A stretch of 64,000 nucleotides of DNA from Candidatus Harrisonbacteria bacterium (GTDB lineage: Bacteria > Patescibacteriota > Minisyncoccia > UBA6257 > 1-14-0-10-40-38): assembly GCA_023245035.1 (NCBI GenBank), contig JAHFLD010000001.1:196002-260001 (forward strand), given 5' to 3'. Position 1 is the first letter of the stretch; each line of letters starts with the position of its first letter. The notes below the pieces were generated by a model. That model ran no database searches, was not told the DNA's origin, and saw nothing but the letters and a program-made list of their open reading frames with translations. Shown piece after piece: positions 58,976-64,000 of this stretch. A program made the translations under genes and the position numbers.

Positions 58976-59524
58976 TTGATGACGATTATCGATACGCTCA
59001 AATCGGCGATCAGCGCCGAGCGGAAAAAAAAGGAGAAGTTGCGTGAAGTTTTGACTGGTGTCGCGACGTTGGAAGACGCGGAAATGTGCACCGGCTTTGT
59101 GGTTCTGCACAATCACGTCACGCGCGCCGTTCGTCACGAGATGCTGAGGTTTTTTCTGAAGGATACCCTCCGCGACAATCCCGCGCGTTGGCAGGAATCG
59201 CTGGGCTTTTATATGGAGCGACTCTGGCACGATGGTCACATCAAGCTTGCCCAGCGTTGCGCTAAAGCCCTGATCGAAGAAGACGCAGGGTGCGGCAGAT
59301 GTGACGGCACCAAAAAAGTGGTTTCCTTGTTCGCGATTTTTGGGCGCTGGAACGACCAGCCGGAAGATTTCGGCATCGTTAAATCCGACCTCCGAAAAGC
59401 TCCTTGGGTTAAAGCCTCGGTCTATCGAACTGCCGCCGCCTTGGTTCTAAAGGCGCCTTTCAAGTCAAAAAAAGATTACATCGCCTGGTGTCTCAAAAAA
59501 CGCCATCAAGCGAACGACTCTTAA
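58976..59524 (+). CDS. hypothetical protein (182 aa)
   Basis: Strong SD AAGGAGG 6 nt upstream. GC-rich third positions. 'CGRCDG'. No family recognised. Confidence 0.45.
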   Translation: MMTIIDTLKSAISAERKKKEKLREVLTGVATLEDAEMCTGFVVLHNHVTRAVRHEMLRFFLKDTLRDNPARWQESLGFYMERLWHDGHIKLAQRCAKALIEEDAGCGRCDGTKKVVSLFAIFGRWNDQPEDFGIVKSDLRKAPWVKASVYRTAAALVLKAPFKSKKDYIAWCLKKRHQANDS

Positions 59525-59548
59525 ACCTCCCCGCGGAGGTTTTTTTAT
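59525..59548 (+). terminator. intrinsic terminator
   Basis: CCTCC-CCGCG-GGAGG followed by TTTTTTTATAT. Confidence 0.7.
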
Positions 59549-59668
59549 ATGCGCAACATAAGAAAACCCCGGCCGTTTTAGGCCGGGGATGAAGCGCATA
59601 TAACCCCGAGCGTAGTCGAGGGGTATTCCAAAGAGGCCACGGCCGTAAGGCCGTGAAGGTTCACTCAG

Positions 59669-60145
59669 CTATTTTGCCAAGCCCGCAAGATCTCGCAAAA
59701 CCTCGGCGGCATGTTCTATCGGCTTCACGTTATTATAAATCTTGGCAATTTTTCCTTTTGGATTAATTAAAAAAGAAGTGCGAACCGTTCCCATATATTC
59801 CCGTCCCATCATTTTTTTCTTTTGCCAAACATTGTAAAGTGCCACAACTTTTTTGTCGGTATCGGCAAGCAGGGGAAAGGGAAGCTGGTATTTTTCGGCA
59901 AACGAAGCATGGCTTTTAACCGAATCAACGCTAACACCCAAAACCGTGGCCTTGATTTTCTTGAAGCCGTGAAAATCATCGCGAATCGCGCAGGCCTCCG
60001 TCGTGCACCCCGGCGTGTTGTCTTTGGGGTAAAAATAAAGCAAAACCCAACTTCCTAAAAAATCCTTCAGCGATCTATTGACGCCATTCTGGTCCGGCAG
60101 AGAAAAATCTGGAGCAACTTCGCTAACTTCTATTTTTGTTCTCAT
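59669..60145 (-). CDS. bcp: thiol peroxidase / peroxiredoxin (Bcp, AhpC-TSA family)
   Basis: 'FYPKDNTPGCTTEACAIRD' peroxidatic Cys motif. Confidence 0.85.
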   Translation of the reverse strand: MRTKIEVSEVAPDFSLPDQNGVNRSLKDFLGSWVLLYFYPKDNTPGCTTEACAIRDDFHGFKKIKATVLGVSVDSVKSHASFAEKYQLPFPLLADTDKKVVALYNVWQKKKMMGREYMGTVRTSFLINPKGKIAKIYNNVKPIEHAAEVLRDLAGLAK

Positions 60146-60211
60146 GACCAGATTTTAGCATATTATCAAGTTTTCATCCGTCGCTTCTAGCCAGGCCACA
60201 AAGTCAGCTTA

Positions 60212-60241
60212 TTGACAAATTAGAAGAATCTGTGCTATACT
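60212..60241 (+). promoter_or_regulatory. sigma70-type promoter
   Basis: TTGACA, an 18-nt spacer, then TATACT. Confidence 0.5.
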
Positions 60242-60296
60242 GCCCGCAGTTCCTTACGGCGTGCGCTAGTTTTCAGACTTCTATAGGAGAAGCATC

Positions 60297-60596
60297 TTGA
60301 AGCCAATGCTCCCTTATCCCGTGTTGGCCACGAAAGTGGCCGACCGGATGCGCGGTTCTCGGGGCCTGCTCTTTAAACCGGCAGTCTTCGCGGTGTTGAA
60401 AGACGAGAACATCGAACCCGACCGCCAGCATCTGTCCGAGATCGGCAAGCTTCTGGGTCGTCGGCGCAAAACCCAGCGTCCCAGAATCAGGCAAGTTCGG
60501 CAGGAAGTGCTCAAGCCCATGGCCTTCAGTCGCTTCATTCGCGACGCCGAACGTGTCTGCCGTCTCCGCCGCGACCACCTTCTGCGCGATCCCTAG
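60297..60596 (+). CDS. hypothetical small basic (Arg-rich) protein, 99 aa
   Basis: TTG or ATG start with GGAGA upstream. Strong GC third-position bias in this frame. Bounded by a promoter and a terminator. Confidence 0.35.
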   Translation: MKPMLPYPVLATKVADRMRGSRGLLFKPAVFAVLKDENIEPDRQHLSEIGKLLGRRRKTQRPRIRQVRQEVLKPMAFSRFIRDAERVCRLRRDHLLRDP

Positions 60597-60604
60597 CGCG
60601 GAAC

Positions 60605-60636
60605 ATCCCCCAGCACCATGTTGGGGGATTTTTTTT
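60605..60636 (+). terminator. intrinsic terminator
   Basis: ATCCCCCAGCACCATGTTGGGGGAT followed by T8. Confidence 0.75.
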
Positions 60637-60645
60637 CGAACCGCA

Positions 60646-61494
60646 TTACTTGAAACAAGATTTCAAAATATCCACATTCTTCTTATCCGGCCCCAGATCG
60701 TCAAATCCCGGCACCTCTAAAATCCAATCGGCTTTTTGCAGCTCCTTGGTCTTCGCCAAGGCGCGGAAGGCCTCCAAGCCGATAAATCCCTCGCCCAAAT
60801 TTTCGTGCGCGTCATGCCGCGAGTCAAACTTTGTCTTGGAATCGTTAACATGCAAAGCAACCAGGCGATCCAAACCAATTGCCTCATCCAATCGCGCGAT
60901 TAATTTTTCAATACCGGCACGGTCATAATGCTCAACCAGCCCCGCCTCAAAAGCGTGCGCGGTATCAAAACAAGTCGCCACTCTCGGCGAACGCAAGGCG
61001 CTAATAATCTCGCCGATATCTTCCGGTTTAGAGCCGATTTTCTCTCCGCCTCCGGCGGCATTTTCAATAATCAACTTTGAGCTCCCAGGTATCGTTTCCA
61101 AAATAGTAGCCAGCGACTTTATGGTTTGTTGCAGGGCTTGGCCGCTATTGCCCTTAGCCGAACCGGCGTGAAAAATTAAACCGCGAGCGCCAAGTTGTTC
61201 GGCGATTACAAGGTGGGCGCTCAAGTTAGCAATGGATTTAGTCAGCAGTTCCGGATCCGGCGTCCCTAAATTAACCAGGTAACTGGCATGAAGATAGGCT
61301 GATTTTACATCGCTCGGCGCCATTGCTCCTTTAAACAAGGCGACATCTTCCCTGGTGGGAACTCGGGCGCTCCAAGCTCGCGGTGAAGCGCCAAAAAACT
61401 GAATTGTCTCGGCGCCGATTCGCGTCGCGTTTTCTATTGCCTTATGCAGGCCGCCCGCGGTAGATACATGTGCTCCTAGATTCGGTCTAATCAT
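60646..61494 (-). CDS. nfo: endonuclease IV (deoxyribonuclease IV)
   Basis: 'LGAHVSTAGGLHKAIENATRIGAETIQFF' and the AP-endonuclease family 2 His/Glu/Asp pattern. Confidence 0.8.
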   Translation of the reverse strand: MIRPNLGAHVSTAGGLHKAIENATRIGAETIQFFGASPRAWSARVPTREDVALFKGAMAPSDVKSAYLHASYLVNLGTPDPELLTKSIANLSAHLVIAEQLGARGLIFHAGSAKGNSGQALQQTIKSLATILETIPGSSKLIIENAAGGGEKIGSKPEDIGEIISALRSPRVATCFDTAHAFEAGLVEHYDRAGIEKLIARLDEAIGLDRLVALHVNDSKTKFDSRHDAHENLGEGFIGLEAFRALAKTKELQKADWILEVPGFDDLGPDKKNVDILKSCFK

Positions 61495-62471
61495 ATCGAA
61501 ATGTTTAATGCTTCAACAATAACACGCCGCAACTCTTCAAGTGTAGAGGCGCCAAGTAGCCGCATTCGCAATTCTTTAGCTCCAATACTTCCCGCCACAT
61601 AGGCCGCCGCGTGTTTGCGCATGTTTAAAAAATTCTTTTTCCCGCGAAATAATCGATCAAATAATTCAGCGTGAAAAAGCAAAGCTTCTAACTTTTCTTT
61701 AAGCGCCGGCGCCTGGCTTTGTTCCGAAAAAAACCAGGGATTTCCCAGTGCCGCTCGGCCGATCATCGCGCCATCCAATCCATAGGTTTCCGATTTTTGT
61801 TTGGCATCAGAGAGCGTTGCCACGTCTCCGTTGCCTATAACCGCGATTGTCGGATCATTTTTTTTAATCAATTCCCGCGCTCGGGCGATCTCCTCCCAAC
61901 GCGCCGGAACCTTAGACATCTCCTCGCGGGTCCGCCCGTGAATCGTCACCGCCGCCGGCCTTGCTTCCAATATTTTTGGCAACCATTTTTCAAAATCCAC
62001 GTTTTTGTAGCCCAACCGAGTTTTAATAGAGATTGGCAATTCCGGCGCTCCCTCGCGCGCCGCTAAAATCAAATCCCGCGCGAGTAGAGGATTTTTCATC
62101 AGCGCCGCGCCGGCGCCTTGTTTTTCCACCGCCCGATCCGGACAGCCCATGTTGATATCCACTCCGTCAAAACCAAGCTGAGCGACCAGTTTTGCCGCCT
62201 GGCGCATAGTCTCTAAATTAGCGCCAAAAATTTGGGCCACTATCGGCCGCTCACTTTCAGAAAAATAAAAATCCGGCAGGAGTTTGTCTTTGCCCGCCGA
62301 ACAAAGTCCGTCCGCCGACACAAACTCGGTAAAAAACAAGCTTGGCTTTCCGTAGCGGATAACCGTCTGCCGAAAGGCGGAGTCGGTCACGTTCGCCATC
62401 GGCGCCAAAATCAAAATCGGCCGGGGCAGTGCTTTCCAGATATTCTTCATTGGCACTGAATCTATCCTCAA
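61491..62471 (-). CDS. dus: tRNA-dihydrouridine synthase
   Basis: 'LILAPMANVTDSAFRQ', 'VDINMGCP' (catalytic Cys) and 'ITIHGRTR'. Confidence 0.85.
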   Translation of the reverse strand: MRIDSVPMKNIWKALPRPILILAPMANVTDSAFRQTVIRYGKPSLFFTEFVSADGLCSAGKDKLLPDFYFSESERPIVAQIFGANLETMRQAAKLVAQLGFDGVDINMGCPDRAVEKQGAGAALMKNPLLARDLILAAREGAPELPISIKTRLGYKNVDFEKWLPKILEARPAAVTIHGRTREEMSKVPARWEEIARARELIKKNDPTIAVIGNGDVATLSDAKQKSETYGLDGAMIGRAALGNPWFFSEQSQAPALKEKLEALLFHAELFDRLFRGKKNFLNMRKHAAAYVAGSIGAKELRMRLLGASTLEELRRVIVEALNISI

Positions 62472-62507
62472 AAACAGTCCGCGTCAAAGTAAGTAGTCGG
62501 GCAAAAT

Positions 62508-62765
62508 TCAGCTTCGTCCGAGCAATCTTAAAACCTCTTCTCGCGTCATAAGTCCCCGCCGCTTTACCTCCTGCTCCACCAGCTCCCGAACTTGGTCCTC
62601 CAAAATCTTCTTGCTGTCTTTGGCCTGTTCCATTAACACCTTTAATTGATCGGGGGACATGCCCTTCATCATCTCGGAGGCCGCCTTAAATTGATCAAAC
62701 ATTCCCATAAGGATAAGTTGCGCGATGAGTAAAAAACCAAAAATCTTTCTAATATATTCTACCAA
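62508..62765 (-). CDS. hypothetical small protein
   Basis: One TM followed by a charged helix. ORF only. Confidence 0.3.
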   Translation of the reverse strand: MVEYIRKIFGFLLIAQLILMGMFDQFKAASEMMKGMSPDQLKVLMEQAKDSKKILEDQVRELVEQEVKRRGLMTREEVLRLLGRS

Positions 62766-64000
62766 GCCGTGTCCGCGTGGTGCACCTCGCCGTCGGGAAA
62801 GCTTACCACAATACCGCCGGTAGCCGGAGCGGACAAAGTTACGGTATCCTCCAGATGAACATCAGTGTCTAAATTATGCGTACTCCCGCGGAATTTCATC
62901 CTGGAAAGATGGCCATAGCGCGAAGCCTTGGTCGTCGGCGCGTGAACCACGCTAGTCCCGCCATGCACATCCGTGCTCTTAAAATGCTGGTTAGTGGTTG
63001 AAAGATGGTCGGTTGTATCTCTTCCGTGGGTATCAGTATTCACCAAATGATCATCAGTTTCATAAGTATGAGAATCAGTGTTCGGCTGATGTTCGTCGCT
63101 GTCCAGGAGATGAGTCACCGTGCTTGGTTGGTGGACGGTGGTTATTTCGGAATGACTGTTAGTATTCCCATAGTGGGAATCAGTGCTTAAAGTGTGTTCC
63201 TCGGTAGTTCCCAAATGACTTCCGGTGTCCGGAGCATGGGTATTGGTATTGAACAAGTGTTCATCGGTATTTTGCGCGTGCTCATCGCTGTCATCAGAAT
63301 GCGCGTTGGTTGAAGATTGATGGCTGTCGGTATTTGCCAAATGATCGCTTGTATCGCTGTAATGCAAGTTGCTGTCTCCCGTGTGCTCAATGCTGTCGGA
63401 AAAATGACTGTCAGTATCCGTGGCATGAGTGCTAGTGTTGACCAAGTGACTATTCGTATTAGCTTCGTGTTCGTCGGTATTTATCCAATGCTGAGCGCTA
63501 TCTGAATAATGATCATCTGTGTTTAAAAAATGCTCGCTAGTAGTTAGTAAATGAGTTCCGGTATCAGCCCCATGCGTATCGGTATTGGCCAAATGTTCGC
63601 CAGTGTCATTCAAATGAACATCGGTTTCACTAGAGTGGCTGTTAGTGTTCGCCTCATGTGAATCGGTATTCGGGGTATGACTATCGGTGCTCGAATTATG
63701 AATATCCGTAAGCAGAGTGTGTTCTAACGTTGTCGCAATGTGGCTTCCGGTATCAACTGCGTGGGTGCCGGTATCGGGTGAGTGCTGATCAGTATTTTGA
63801 TAATGGTCAACCGTACTTACTAAATGATCGCTCGTTGATTGATAATGCGCATCTGTATCTTGTGTGTGGCCACTAGTATCTTGCCAATGATTATCCGTGT
63901 TCTGTGCGTGAGATGTCGTGTCCTGCCAATGATCATCTGTGTTCTGCATATGAGAACTTGTCCCTGGATAATGCTCATCCGTTAGGAACGAATGAACATT
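62759..64000 (-). CDS. His/Thr/Asp-rich heptad-repeat protein, N-terminus beyond window end
   Basis: About 47 consecutive 7-residue repeats fitting H-x-x-[DNS]-T-[DST]-x (for example HWQDTTS, HAQNTDN, HLANTDS). The reading frame is open to position 64000. The C-terminus 'GGIVVSFPDGEVHHADTAW' is non-repetitive. Confidence 0.6.
   Translation of the reverse strand, partial: NVHSFLTDEHYPGTSSHMQNTDDHWQDTTSHAQNTDNHWQDTSGHTQDTDAHYQSTSDHLVSTVDHYQNTDQHSPDTGTHAVDTGSHIATTLEHTLLTDIHNSSTDSHTPNTDSHEANTNSHSSETDVHLNDTGEHLANTDTHGADTGTHLLTTSEHFLNTDDHYSDSAQHWINTDEHEANTNSHLVNTSTHATDTDSHFSDSIEHTGDSNLHYSDTSDHLANTDSHQSSTNAHSDDSDEHAQNTDEHLFNTNTHAPDTGSHLGTTEEHTLSTDSHYGNTNSHSEITTVHQPSTVTHLLDSDEHQPNTDSHTYETDDHLVNTDTHGRDTTDHLSTTNQHFKSTDVHGGTSVVHAPTTKASRYGHLSRMKFRGSTHNLDTDVHLEDTVTLSAPATGGIVVSFPDGEVHHADTAW

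Noticed and set aside
60243-60636. A possible structured ncRNA (SRP/4.5S-like 'GTTCGGCAGGAAGTGCTCAAG' and a GGCCAC-GAAA-GTGGCC tetraloop hairpin) in a promoter-to-terminator unit
   Set aside because: One frame shows strong, continuous third-position GC periodicity over 99 codons with an RBS. It is most likely a protein-coding gene. The SRP resemblance is partial and by eye only.

Overview
This 64-kb window looks like part of a small-genome bacterium, probably from the CPR/Patescibacteria; no search was run and all calls rest on motifs read by eye. The lineage guess rests on a ~1.65-kb 16S rRNA gene with insertions and no adjacent 23S, few Shine-Dalgarno sites, and a full type IV pilus cluster.

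The core genes are mostly on the + strand until ~44 kb, then mostly on the - strand. In order they are:
- trpS (5' partial) and hisS with a downstream tRNA-His(GUG)
- hutH and an M20 peptidase
- murA, uppS, acyP and rpmE
- the 16S rRNA with its own sigma70 promoter
- a pilus locus: a receiver-domain response regulator, two tandem pilins, PilB, PilC, three minor pilins and a PilM/N fusion
- pth, lepB, a second HisRS-like paralog, rpsU, a YqeY-like gene, ybeY, ftsA and ftsZ
- on the - strand: an AI-2E transporter, an FKBP, a tgt gene with a DUF2419-like neighbour, a run of small secreted or membrane proteins, uvrB-uvrA-uvrC, bcp, nfo and dus

The most unusual region is an AT-rich ~14.5-kb accessory segment between trpS and hisS. 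It holds a PaaK-like adenylating enzyme, a ThiF/E1-like enzyme and nitroreductase-fold genes. A perfect 347-bp direct repeat of the nitroreductase 5' end brackets a 2.26-kb cassette that encodes an M16 (HxxEH) peptidase, a small Cys/Ser/Thr-rich ORF and a small CxxC protein. This looks like a possible TOMM-like RiPP system that lacks a YcaO. The segment also carries an orphan sensor kinase and a 1,187-aa M23 peptidase fused to beta-helix repeats.

Other items worth a second look:
- a protein of ~47 perfect heptad repeats (H-x-x-[DNS]-T-[DST]-x) that runs off the window end
- a 370-nt structured leader ending in an intrinsic terminator directly upstream of hutH
- a second HisRS paralog with a Cys4 insertion
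- a 16S 3' end that lacks the CCUCC anti-SD
- a ~33-bp motif shared at the start codons of two genes

No CRISPR array or transposase was seen.
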